From Anaeramoeba ignava BMAN (lineage: Eukaryota; Protista; Anaeramoebae): a stretch of 64,000 bases of DNA. The notes under the pieces were generated by a model that ran no database searches, had not been told where the DNA came from, and saw only the letters and a list, made by a program, of their open reading frames with translations. This document shows, in pieces, positions 16,122-26,139 of this stretch; position 1 is the stretch's first letter, and each line of letters begins with the position of its first letter. Position numbers and translations under genes: made by a program. The stretch is from positions 868,001 through 932,000 of the forward strand of contig JAPDFW010000092.1 of assembly GCA_028826165.1 (NCBI GenBank). Direction: 5' to 3'.

Positions 16122-17882
16122 TTAATTTTGATTATTAAATTTTTTAATTAATAAATCAAATAAATTTGGATTTGTTTGATTTAATTGAAAATAATCAATT
16201 CCAATTTGAAGTTCATCAATAATTTCTTGTGTAATTTGAATTTCATTTTTAATTTGATTTGAATAAATCCAATATTCAAATATTTGAAATGATTTATTAC
16301 TTAATTCACTATAATCTGTAACTTTATTTGATTTATCTTCTGTTACAGATAAAAACATTCCTCGATATAATTCACTTCTCATTATTAATATTAATTTGGG
16401 AAATTTATATTGTTTTTCTTCTCTTTCAATAATAAAATCTTTTTCATTTTCATTTAAATAAATTCTTTTCATTGTTTCTTCAATTTTTTCATTTGAATTT
16501 ATAATTTCTTTAATTTCTGAATATAATTTTGGATTTATTATTCTGTTTGAATAAATCATTTCAAATATTTGATTTGATTCTTTAATTGATTTTGTTGAAA
16601 TAATTTCTTGAAGTTTTTCAATTTCATTTTGGTTTTGATTTTGATTTAATCTATATTTCAATATTAATTTATGAGCTTTGATTATTTCTCCATTTTCTGT
16701 TTTAAATGAAATATCACAAAATTCTTTTCTTCGAAATAGTTTTATCAAATCTTCTTCAAGATTAGAAAGAAAAGGAGAATAATAAAGAAATGAATTGAAA
16801 GATCCACAATAAATATGATAATTGGAAATATTTTCATTAAATCTTAATTTAGGAAGTTCAATTTGTATTGGAATTAATTGATCATTTGTTGTATCTTCAG
16901 TTCCTAATTGACCATAAACATTATTTCCAAATCCAATTAATTTTGAATTGGAAGTTAAAATCAAAGTATGTTCAAATCCAACAGAAAAATCAAGAATATT
17001 ATCATCATCTTCAAATAAAGATGATTTGATTTCAGTAAATTCATAAGTATTTTCCTCAAGTGCATTATAGAGATAATATCCACATGAATAAAGTTTTCTT
17101 TTTGGATTTTCATTTTCATCTTCAATCAACATTATTGAATGAAAATATGCACATTGAATATCAATTATTTTGCCTTTTGGAATATTTTGGATTTTAGTTA
17201 ATTTTTTGATTTCTGTTTCTTCTTTTCTTAATTCTCCTAATCCAAGTTGATCATATCCATTATATCCGCATCCAAATAATTCTTGATTTGAATTTAAAAG
17301 AAAAACATGATTTGAAGTATTTCCTGAAAATATTTTAGAAACATTTTTCATCATTAAAATTGGTTTTTCTGTTATTTCAAGTGTTTCAGAATCAAAACCA
17401 AGTTGACCATATTTATTTGAACCAATTCCATAAACATTTTGATTTGAAGTTAATAAGTAAATTGAACCATCACCAGAAACGACATCTTGAATTACTCTAT
17501 CATTTTTATCTTCAATTAATGATGAAATATTGATAAATTCTTTTGGATTTTTTGGATTAATATTATCTCCTTTGGCAAATACATTTCCTTCTTTTGTTAA
17601 AATAGCTTCATTATCATCACCAACAGTTACTTTTTGAATATTTTCTTCAATTTGAATTTTTGAAGGATTTTGATTTGAATCATTTTCTCTTAAATATTCT
17701 ATTGCTTTTCCATTTTTAAAAAGGAAAATTATTGAAAATAAACCTGATGAAATTTGTTTAATTTGTTTTTCATTTTCATTTTCATTTTCAAATTTAAATT
17801 GAATTGGTTTTGTTATTATATTTGGTTTATTTTCGATAAGTTTTGGAGATTGATTTATACCAAAAAATATAATTTCATTCAT
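16122..17882 (-). CDS. RCC1-repeat + tandem BTB protein (copy B)
   Basis: Close paralogue of copy A. Confidence 0.88.
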   Translation of the reverse strand: MNEIIFFGINQSPKLIENKPNIITKPIQFKFENENENEKQIKQISSGLFSIIFLFKNGKAIEYLRENDSNQNPSKIQIEENIQKVTVGDDNEAILTKEGNVFAKGDNINPKNPKEFINISSLIEDKNDRVIQDVVSGDGSIYLLTSNQNVYGIGSNKYGQLGFDSETLEITEKPILMMKNVSKIFSGNTSNHVFLLNSNQELFGCGYNGYDQLGLGELRKEETEIKKLTKIQNIPKGKIIDIQCAYFHSIMLIEDENENPKRKLYSCGYYLYNALEENTYEFTEIKSSLFEDDDNILDFSVGFEHTLILTSNSKLIGFGNNVYGQLGTEDTTNDQLIPIQIELPKLRFNENISNYHIYCGSFNSFLYYSPFLSNLEEDLIKLFRRKEFCDISFKTENGEIIKAHKLILKYRLNQNQNQNEIEKLQEIISTKSIKESNQIFEMIYSNRIINPKLYSEIKEIINSNEKIEETMKRIYLNENEKDFIIEREEKQYKFPKLILIMRSELYRGMFLSVTEDKSNKVTDYSELSNKSFQIFEYWIYSNQIKNEIQITQEIIDELQIGIDYFQLNQTNPNLFDLLIKKFNNQN

Positions 17883-18029
17883 TTTTGAAAAGAAAAAAAA
17901 TGAAAAATGAATTTTGGAATTTTAATTTTAATTTTGATTTTGATTTTAATTTTTATTTTAATTTTAATTTTAATTTTAATTTTAATTTTAATTTTAATTT
18001 TGATTTTAATTTTAATTTTGATTTTGATT

Positions 18030-19646
18030 TTAAATGAAATAAGTTTCAAGTTCATCAACAACCCATGAATTATAAGAACCAGCTAAATAACTTTTAGATT
18101 CATCTGTTTGATAAGTGATTCCATCAGGTAGATTATAACTATAACCAAAATTTGACCAACCAGGTTGTAAATTAGAAATTAAGAAAAAATCACCACCTCC
18201 TCCAAAAATTGGACCATGACTTGAAAAATTATAATAAATTGAATTTGGTTCTTGTCCCGTTTTAATTGAGAATTTCTTAGCCTCTCGATCATTCTTGTCA
18301 TTTCTTAAGGAAAAAATAAAAGCATCTGGATCAATGATATATCCAAAATCTTTATTTCTATAATCTTCATTCCATTGTGATTTATCAGTTGTAAATCCAA
18401 TTTGAGTAAATCCTCCAAAAATGAAATTATCTTTTGTTTTGATAATAATTAACGTTTTTCCTTGATTATCCACATATTTATGCCAATTTCTACAATCAAA
18501 TCCATTTGTTTTTGCTGAAAATCCTTTTTTCATTTTAGAAAAAAAATCATTATCATTTATCCATTCTCTTAATTTCTTAATATACTCAATTTCTCTAATA
18601 ATTTCGGAATCGGCAAATTGTGGAAAACTTTGTTTCATTTCTGCAAAATATTTATCATATCGATCGAAAACAGGTTTCATTTTCTCAATTTCTAATTTCA
18701 TTTTCTGATATTTGGATTTCAATTCTTGATTTTCTTTGTTTTTTTCTTTGATTTTCTTTTCCGTTTTCTCAATTTCTTTTTTCCATTTTTCTTCCAATAG
18801 AATTTCTTTGATCTCAATGCTGTCTGGGAATTTCTCTTCAATTTCCTTTTCTTGTCTTTGAAAAATTGTGCAATGGAGATTAATTAAAAAAGATTTGGGA
18901 AAAAAATCAAATTGTTTTAATTTATCAAAATCTTGTTTTGAAATTGAATCTTTATCAAATAACGAAAAAAAAGAATGAAATTGTCTTTTCTTCTCAATAA
19001 TTCTTTTCTGAAAATTAGTCCCTATTAATCCCTCATTTCTTTTTTCAATCCAATTATTTAAAAATTGAAAAAAATCAAATTGAAAAATTTCTTTTTTTTC
19101 TTGTTTAAATTGAATAAATTTGATAATTTCTTCTTTAGTTAAATTGAATAAATTCTCATTATTCTGAATTTGGGAAAAATTTTGATTTATTAATTCAAAA
19201 CATTTTATTTCAATTTCATTTAATTTTAAATTTCGATTTTGGAATAAAAATTGGAAAAAATTTGAATAATTAATTGAATTTGAAATTTTTTTTTGAATAA
19301 TTTCTTTCAATAAATTTAATTTAAAATAAATTGAAATTTCCAATAATTGGAAAAGATTTTCTTGATTCTCAAAAGAAATATTTCCATAATAAATATAACT
19401 CAAAATTGATTCCATTTCTTTTTTATTAAATTGTTTTAAAGAAATTGAATTTGTCTCTTTCTTTTTTTCTTTTAATAAAACGTTAAAAAAAGGAGATCTT
19501 GAAGATAAAATTGATTTATGAACTTTAATTTCAAAAGGATTTGGTTCATTCTCAACAAAAATTGAAAAATCTGTAAATGAATTTTCATTTAAAAGGTTTG
19601 AATAATCTTCAATTAAATTTTCTATTACTTTTTTTTCTTGATTCAT
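18030..19646 (-). CDS. BTB - coiled coil - TLDc protein (subfamily I)
   Basis: FTDFSIFV...IKVHKSILSSRSPFF (BTB); GFSAK..GF....WH..VD.QGKTLIIIKT....IFGGFT...AFIFSL...GPIFG...VDELETY (TLDc). Confidence 0.88.
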   Translation of the reverse strand: MNQEKKVIENLIEDYSNLLNENSFTDFSIFVENEPNPFEIKVHKSILSSRSPFFNVLLKEKKKETNSISLKQFNKKEMESILSYIYYGNISFENQENLFQLLEISIYFKLNLLKEIIQKKISNSINYSNFFQFLFQNRNLKLNEIEIKCFELINQNFSQIQNNENLFNLTKEEIIKFIQFKQEKKEIFQFDFFQFLNNWIEKRNEGLIGTNFQKRIIEKKRQFHSFFSLFDKDSISKQDFDKLKQFDFFPKSFLINLHCTIFQRQEKEIEEKFPDSIEIKEILLEEKWKKEIEKTEKKIKEKNKENQELKSKYQKMKLEIEKMKPVFDRYDKYFAEMKQSFPQFADSEIIREIEYIKKLREWINDNDFFSKMKKGFSAKTNGFDCRNWHKYVDNQGKTLIIIKTKDNFIFGGFTQIGFTTDKSQWNEDYRNKDFGYIIDPDAFIFSLRNDKNDREAKKFSIKTGQEPNSIYYNFSSHGPIFGGGGDFFLISNLQPGWSNFGYSYNLPDGITYQTDESKSYLAGSYNSWVVDELETYFI

Positions 19647-19730
19647 TTTTCTTTAAAAATTGGAGAATGAAAATGAAAAAAATGAAAAAAATGAAAATTT
19701 ATTTTTTTTTCTTTTCAAATTTTAATAAAA
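19647..19730. promoter_or_regulatory. 84-bp bidirectional promoter between divergent BTB-TLDc genes
   Basis: Left half has repeated ATGAAAA (TTTTCAT on minus), right half TTTTCTTTTCAAA; both start codons flank it directly. Confidence 0.65.
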
Positions 19731-21203
19731 ATGGAAACTTATTCAAATTTAGAAAAACTTTCAAATGATTTAAAAAATTTATTTCAAAATCAAAATCAAA
19801 ATGAAAATTATTTTGATTTTGAAATAATTTGTGAACAAAACAAAACTTCATTTAAAACTCATAAATCAATTCTTTCTTCAAGAAGTCAATATTTTAAATC
19901 TCTTTTTAATTCTAAAATGAAAGAATATCAAGAAAATAAATTAGTTTTAAAAGATGTTTCAAGTTCAATTCTATCTTCAATTTTGAATTATTTTTATTCA
20001 GGAAAAATTGAAATTAATTTAGAAAATGCAATTCAAATTTTAATTTTTTCATCAAAATATTTAATTGATGAATTAATTGAAATTTCTTCAAAATTTATCA
20101 AAAATAATTTTCAATTTGAAACTGTTGTTGATATTCTTAAATTATCTGAAAGAATGAGCTTAAATCAATTACTAGATTCTTCTTATAAATTTATTTTGGA
20201 AAATTTCGATGAATTTATCAAAACTTCTCATTTTTTTGAACTTGAAGAAAATCATTTAAATTCAATATTATTAAACGATAAAATTCCAATAAATGAATTT
20301 GAACTTTTTCAATCAATAATAAAATGGGGAAAATATAAATCAAATATTAATCAAATCAAACATAATAAAAAATTAAAAAAGAAAGAAAAAGAAAAATTAA
20401 AAAACCAAATTTCAAATATTATTGAAAAAATCAGATTTATTGATTTCTCAAAAAAAGAACTTACAGATACTTTGAAAGAATATGCAATTCCAAATCAAAT
20501 TTCACAAAAATTAATTCAATTTCAAAAACTTCAAAACCAAAAAAATGAAACAGAGCTAAATCAATTTACTGAAAAAGAAGATTCATTAATTTTCAAATCA
20601 AGAAAAAGATTTAAATTTCAATCATCAATTCTAACTCAAGAAAAAAAATATTTCAAGAAATTAAGAGAATGGATAAATGATGATAGCTTCTTTTACAAAA
20701 TGAAAATAGGATATTCAGCCAAAAGAGATGGATTTGATTGTTATAAATGGCATGAAATCTGTGATGATAAAGGAAAAACATTAATTATTATCAAAACAAA
20801 AGATAATTATATTTTTGGAGGATTTACTCAAATTGGATTTACAACTGATAAATCACAATGGAATGAACGTTTTAGGAATTTTCCATATGGATCAATTATT
20901 GATTCAAAAGCATTTATTTTCTCATTAAGAAATGACAAGAATGATAGAAAACCAGAAAAATTTTCAATTCAAAAAGGAGAAGAAAAAAACTCTCTTTATT
21001 ATCGCTTGGAATATGGTCCAACCTTTGGAGCGAATTCATCTTCTGATTTATGGTTAGATTCTCATTTAAAATCTGGGATGTCTAACATTGGAGTTAATTA
21101 CAATATACCTAAAGGAATTACTTACAATGCAAATGAAGCAAAAGGCTATTTAGCTGGATATGGTAATTGGAAAGTTGATGAACTTGAATGTTTTTTCATT
21201 TAA
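19731..21203 (+). CDS. BTB-BACK-TLDc protein (subfamily II)
   Basis: DFEIIC...FKTHKSILSSRSQYFKSLF; F.ELEE..L..IL..D.I..NEFELFQSIIKW...IRF (BACK); TLDc motifs. Confidence 0.9.
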   Translation: METYSNLEKLSNDLKNLFQNQNQNENYFDFEIICEQNKTSFKTHKSILSSRSQYFKSLFNSKMKEYQENKLVLKDVSSSILSSILNYFYSGKIEINLENAIQILIFSSKYLIDELIEISSKFIKNNFQFETVVDILKLSERMSLNQLLDSSYKFILENFDEFIKTSHFFELEENHLNSILLNDKIPINEFELFQSIIKWGKYKSNINQIKHNKKLKKKEKEKLKNQISNIIEKIRFIDFSKKELTDTLKEYAIPNQISQKLIQFQKLQNQKNETELNQFTEKEDSLIFKSRKRFKFQSSILTQEKKYFKKLREWINDDSFFYKMKIGYSAKRDGFDCYKWHEICDDKGKTLIIIKTKDNYIFGGFTQIGFTTDKSQWNERFRNFPYGSIIDSKAFIFSLRNDKNDRKPEKFSIQKGEEKNSLYYRLEYGPTFGANSSSDLWLDSHLKSGMSNIGVNYNIPKGITYNANEAKGYLAGYGNWKVDELECFFI

Positions 21204-21267
21204 AAATTAAAATCAAAATTAAAATTCAAAATTCAAAATTCATTTTTCATTTTTTTTCTTTTCAAAA

Positions 21268-23061
21268 ATGAATGATTGTTTATTTTTTGGTTGGAATAGA
21301 TATCCAAAACTTATCAAAAATGAACCAGATGAAATAACAAAACCAATTCAATTTAAATTTGAAAATGAAAATGAAAATGAAAATGAAAATGAAAATGAAA
21401 AACAAATTAAACAAATTTCATCAGGAGATTATTCAACAATTTTCCTTTTTGAAAATGGAAAAGCAATAGAATATTTAAGAGAAAATGATTCAAATCAAAA
21501 TCCTTCAAAGATCCAAATTGAAGAAAATATTCAAAAAGTAACTGTTGGTGTTCAAAATGAAGCTATTTTAACAATAGAAGGAAATGTATTTGCCAAAGGA
21601 AGAGATATTAATTCAAATAATCCAAAAGAATTTATCAATATTTCATCATTAATTGAAGATACAAATGATAGAATAGTTGAAGATATTGTTTCTGGATGGG
21701 ATTCAATTTACTTATTAACTTCAAATCAAAATATTTATGGAATTGGTTCAAATCAAATTGGTCAACTTGGTTTTGATTCTAAAACACTTAAAAAAACAGA
21801 AAAACCAATTTTAATGATGAAAAATGTTTCTAAAATATTTTCAGGAAATAATTCATTTCATGTTTTTCTTTTAAATTCAAATCAAGAATTATTTGGATGC
21901 GGATATAATAGTGATGGTCAACTTGGATTAGGAGAATCAAGAAAAGAAAGAATAATACAAGAATTAACCAAAATCCAAAATATTCCAAAAGGCAAAATAA
22001 TTGATATTAAATGTGAAAATTTACATTCAATAATGTTGATTGAAAATGAAAATGAAAATCCAAAAAGAAAACTTTATTCATGTGGATATTCTCCATATAA
22101 TGGACTTGGCAAACATGAATATGAAAATACTTATGAATTTACTGAAATTAAATCATCTTTATTTGAAAATGATGATAATATTCTTGATTTTTCTGTTGGA
22201 TATGTTTATACTTTGATTTTAACATCTAATTCAAAATTAATAGGATTTGGAAATAACACCTATGGTCAATTAGGAACTGGAGATACAAAAACACAATATA
22301 TCCCAATTCAAATTGAACTTCCTAAATTAAAATTTAATGAAAATATTTCTAATTATCATATTTCTTGTGGATATTCGAATTCATTTCTTTATTATTCTCC
22401 TCCTTCTTTTTCCAATCTTGAAGAAGATTTGATAAAACTATTTAGAAGAAAAGAATTTTGTAATATTTCATTTAAAACAGAAAATGGAGAAATAATCAAA
22501 GCTCATAAATTAATATTGAAATATAGATTAAATCAAAATCAAAATCAAATTGAAAAACTTCAAGAAATTATTTCAAATAAATCAATTAAAGAATCAAATC
22601 AAATATTTGAAATGATTTATTCAAACAGAATAATAAATCCAATATTATATTATGAAATTAAAGAAATTATAAATTTAAATGAAAAAATTGAAGAAACAAT
22701 GAAAAGAATTTATTTAAATGAAAATGAAAATGAAAAAGAAAAAGATTTTATTATTGAAAGAAAAGAAAAACAATATAAATTTCCAAAATTAATATTAATA
22801 ATGAGAAGTGAATTATATCGAGGAATGTTTTTATCTGTAACTGAAGATAAATCAAATAAAGTTACAGATTATAGTGAATTAAGTAATAAATCATTTCAAA
22901 TATTTGAATATTGGATTTATTCAAATCAAATTAAAGAAGAAATTGAAATTACACAAGAAATTATTGATGAAATTCAAATTGGAATTGATTATTTTCAATT
23001 AAATCAAACAAATCCAAATTTATTTGATTTATTAATTAATAAATTTAATAATCAAAATTAA
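21268..23061 (+). CDS. RCC1-repeat + tandem BTB protein (copy C)
   Basis: Paralogue of copies A/B in the opposite orientation. Confidence 0.88.
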   Translation: MNDCLFFGWNRYPKLIKNEPDEITKPIQFKFENENENENENENEKQIKQISSGDYSTIFLFENGKAIEYLRENDSNQNPSKIQIEENIQKVTVGVQNEAILTIEGNVFAKGRDINSNNPKEFINISSLIEDTNDRIVEDIVSGWDSIYLLTSNQNIYGIGSNQIGQLGFDSKTLKKTEKPILMMKNVSKIFSGNNSFHVFLLNSNQELFGCGYNSDGQLGLGESRKERIIQELTKIQNIPKGKIIDIKCENLHSIMLIENENENPKRKLYSCGYSPYNGLGKHEYENTYEFTEIKSSLFENDDNILDFSVGYVYTLILTSNSKLIGFGNNTYGQLGTGDTKTQYIPIQIELPKLKFNENISNYHISCGYSNSFLYYSPPSFSNLEEDLIKLFRRKEFCNISFKTENGEIIKAHKLILKYRLNQNQNQIEKLQEIISNKSIKESNQIFEMIYSNRIINPILYYEIKEIINLNEKIEETMKRIYLNENENEKEKDFIIERKEKQYKFPKLILIMRSELYRGMFLSVTEDKSNKVTDYSELSNKSFQIFEYWIYSNQIKEEIEITQEIIDEIQIGIDYFQLNQTNPNLFDLLINKFNNQN

Positions 23062-23270
23062 AATTAAAATTAAAATTAAAATTTAAATCAAAATTAAAAT
23101 CAAAATCAAAATTTAAAATTTAAATCAAAATTAAAATTAAAATCAAAATTAAAATTAAAATTAAAATTAAAATTAAAATTAAAATTAAAATTAAAATTAA
23201 AATTAAAATTAAAAATCAAAATTAAAATTAAAATTCCAAAATTCATTTTTCATTTTTTTTCTTTTCAAAA

Positions 23271-25055
23271 ATGAATGATTGTTTATTTTTTGGTCAAAAT
23301 GAAGAACCAAAACTTATCAAAAATGAAACAGAAAAAATAACAAAACCAATTCAATTTAAATTTGAAAATGAAAATGAAAATGAAAATAAAAAACAAATTA
23401 AACAAATTTCAACAAGTTATTTTGGAACAATTTTCCTTTTTAAAAATGGAAAAGCAATAGAATATTTAAATGAAGAATATTCAAAACAAAATCCTGAAAA
23501 AATCCAAATTGAAAATATTCAAAAAGTAACTGTTGGTTTTCAAAATGAAGCTATTTTAACAAAAGAAGGAAATGTATTTGCCAAAGGAAAATATATCAAT
23601 CCAAATAATCCAAAAGAATTTATCAATATTTCATCATTAATTGAAGATAAAAATGATAGAATAATTCAAGATATTGTTTGCTCATATAATTCAATTTACT
23701 TATTAACTTCAAATCATAATGTTTATGGAATTGGTTCAAATTATTTTGGTCAACTTGGTTTAGATTCTGAAACACTTGAAAAAACAGAAAAACCAATTTT
23801 AATGATGAAAAATGTTTCTAAAATATTTTCAGGAAATTCTTCAAATTGTGTTTTTCTTTTAAATTCAAATCAAGAATTATTTGGATGCGGATATAATCAA
23901 TATGGTCAACTTGGATTAGGGAAAGTAGAAAGAAAAGAAACAAAAATCCCAAAATTAACCAAAATCCAAAATATTCCAAAAGGTAAAATAATTGATATTC
24001 AATCTGGATTTTATCATTCAATAATGTTGATTGAAAATGAAAATCAAAATCAAAATGAAAATCCAAAAAGAAAAATTTATTCATGCGGATATTCTCCATA
24101 TAATGGACTTGGCAAAAATGAATATGAAAATACTTATGAATTTACTGAAATCAAATCATCTTTATTTGAAAATGATAATGATATTCTTGATTTTTCTGTT
24201 GGATATGTTTATACTTTGATTTTAACATACAAAGGGAAGTTGATAGTATTTGGAGATAACACTTATGGTCAATTAGGAACTGGAGATACATATGATGAAT
24301 ATTATCCAAATCAAATTGAACTTCCTAAATTAAGATTTAATGAAAATATTTCCAATTATCATATCTCTTGTGGATATTCCAAATCATTTCTTTATTATTC
24401 TTTTTCTTTTTCCAATCTTGAAGAAGATTTGATAAAACTATTTAGAAGAAAAGAATTTTGTGATATTTCATTTAAAACAGAAAATGGAGAAATAATTGAA
24501 GCTCATAAATTAATATTAAAATATAGATTAAATCAAAATCAAAATCAAATTGAAAAACTTCAAGAAATTATTTCAAAAAAATCAATTAAAGAATCAAATC
24601 AAATATTTGAAATGATTTATTCAAACCGAATAATAAATCCAAAATTATATTCTGAAATTAAAGAAATTATAAATTTAAATGAAAAAATTGAAGAAACAAT
24701 GAAAAGAATTTATTTAAATGAAAATGAAAATGAAAAAGATTTTATAATTGAAAGAAAAGAAAAACAATATAAATTTCCAAAATTAATATTAATAATGAGA
24801 AGTGAATTATATCGAGGAATGTTTTTATCTGTAACTGAAGATAAATCTAATAAAGTTACAGATTATAGTGAATTAAGTAATAAATCATTTCAAATATTTG
24901 AATATTGGATTTATTCAAATCAAATTAAAGAAGGAATTAAAATTACACAAGAAATCATTGAAGAAATTGAAACAGGAATTGATTATTTTCAATTAAATCA
25001 AACAAATCCAAATTTATTTGATTTATTAATTAAAAAATTTAATAATCAAAATTAA
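23271..25055 (+). CDS. RCC1-repeat + tandem BTB protein (copy D)
   Basis: Paralogue of copies A-C. Confidence 0.88.
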   Translation: MNDCLFFGQNEEPKLIKNETEKITKPIQFKFENENENENKKQIKQISTSYFGTIFLFKNGKAIEYLNEEYSKQNPEKIQIENIQKVTVGFQNEAILTKEGNVFAKGKYINPNNPKEFINISSLIEDKNDRIIQDIVCSYNSIYLLTSNHNVYGIGSNYFGQLGLDSETLEKTEKPILMMKNVSKIFSGNSSNCVFLLNSNQELFGCGYNQYGQLGLGKVERKETKIPKLTKIQNIPKGKIIDIQSGFYHSIMLIENENQNQNENPKRKIYSCGYSPYNGLGKNEYENTYEFTEIKSSLFENDNDILDFSVGYVYTLILTYKGKLIVFGDNTYGQLGTGDTYDEYYPNQIELPKLRFNENISNYHISCGYSKSFLYYSFSFSNLEEDLIKLFRRKEFCDISFKTENGEIIEAHKLILKYRLNQNQNQIEKLQEIISKKSIKESNQIFEMIYSNRIINPKLYSEIKEIINLNEKIEETMKRIYLNENENEKDFIIERKEKQYKFPKLILIMRSELYRGMFLSVTEDKSNKVTDYSELSNKSFQIFEYWIYSNQIKEGIKITQEIIEEIETGIDYFQLNQTNPNLFDLLIKKFNNQN

Positions 25056-25074
25056 AATAAAAATAAAAATAATT

Positions 25075-25750
25075 TTAATATTTAATTTATAAATTAATTT
25101 AAAAATATAATTTTATATTTAATTTTATTATTAAAATAATAATTTAATGTTTTAAATTTAAATATTTTATTATTTAAATATTTAACATATAAATATAAAA
25201 AATAAGAATAGGTTTAATTTAATATTTAATTTATAAATTAATTTAAAAATATAATTTAATATTTAATTCTATTATTAAAATAATAATTTAATGTTTTATA
25301 TTTAAATATTTTATTATTTAAATATTAAACATATAAATATAAAAATGAGAATAGTTTTAATTTAATATTTAATTTATAAATTAATTTAAAAATATAATTT
25401 AATATTTAATTTTATTATTAGAATAATAATTTAATGTTTTATATTTAAATATTTTATTATTTTTATTATTTAACATTAAAATATAAAAATGAAAATAAGT
25501 TTAATTTAATATTCAATTTATAAATCAATTTAAAAATATAATTTAATATTTAATTTTATTAAAAAAATAATAATTTATTGTTTTAAATTTAAATATTTTA
25601 TTATTTAAATATTTAACATTAAAATATAAAAATAAAAATAAATTTAATTTAATATTTAATTTATAAATTAATTTAAAAATATAATTTAATATTTAATTTT
25701 ATTTTTAAAATAATAATTTATTGTTTTAGATTTAAATATTTTATTATTTA
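25075..25750. repeat. AT-rich tandem repeat, ~143-144-bp unit, ~4.7 copies
   Basis: Anchor TTTAATTTATAAATTAATTTAAAAATATAA recurs at ~25081, 25225, 25368, 25512, 25655. Confidence 0.85.
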
Positions 25751-26139
25751 AAAATATTTTGAAAATTGATTTTTAAATTAAAATTTTATCTTTTTGAATT
25801 AAATTAAATTAATATTAATTTGAAATTTGTTTTAAAATTTAAATTTATTAGTAATTTTTAAATTCAAAAATTAAATTAAAAATTAAATTAAAATAATTTT
25901 CCTTTTTTTAATAAAAAAATTAATAAAAATAATAATAATTTATTAATAAATTAATTTAAAATAATAAATTAAAAAGAAAATTAAATTAATTATTAATTTA
26001 AATTTATTCTTATTTTTTATATTTTTATTTATTTTCAAAATCCACTTTTTTTATTTATTTTTTTTTGCTTTTTTTTTTCATTTTTTTCCTTTTTTTTTTA
26101 AAAACACAAAACAAAAAAAAACAAAAAACAAAACACAAA

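Noticed and set aside
14023-25055. Diversity-generating retroelement or somatic rearrangement behind the RCC1 variability
   Set aside because: No reverse transcriptase, template repeat, recombinase or signal sequences in the window; changes are not restricted to adenines.
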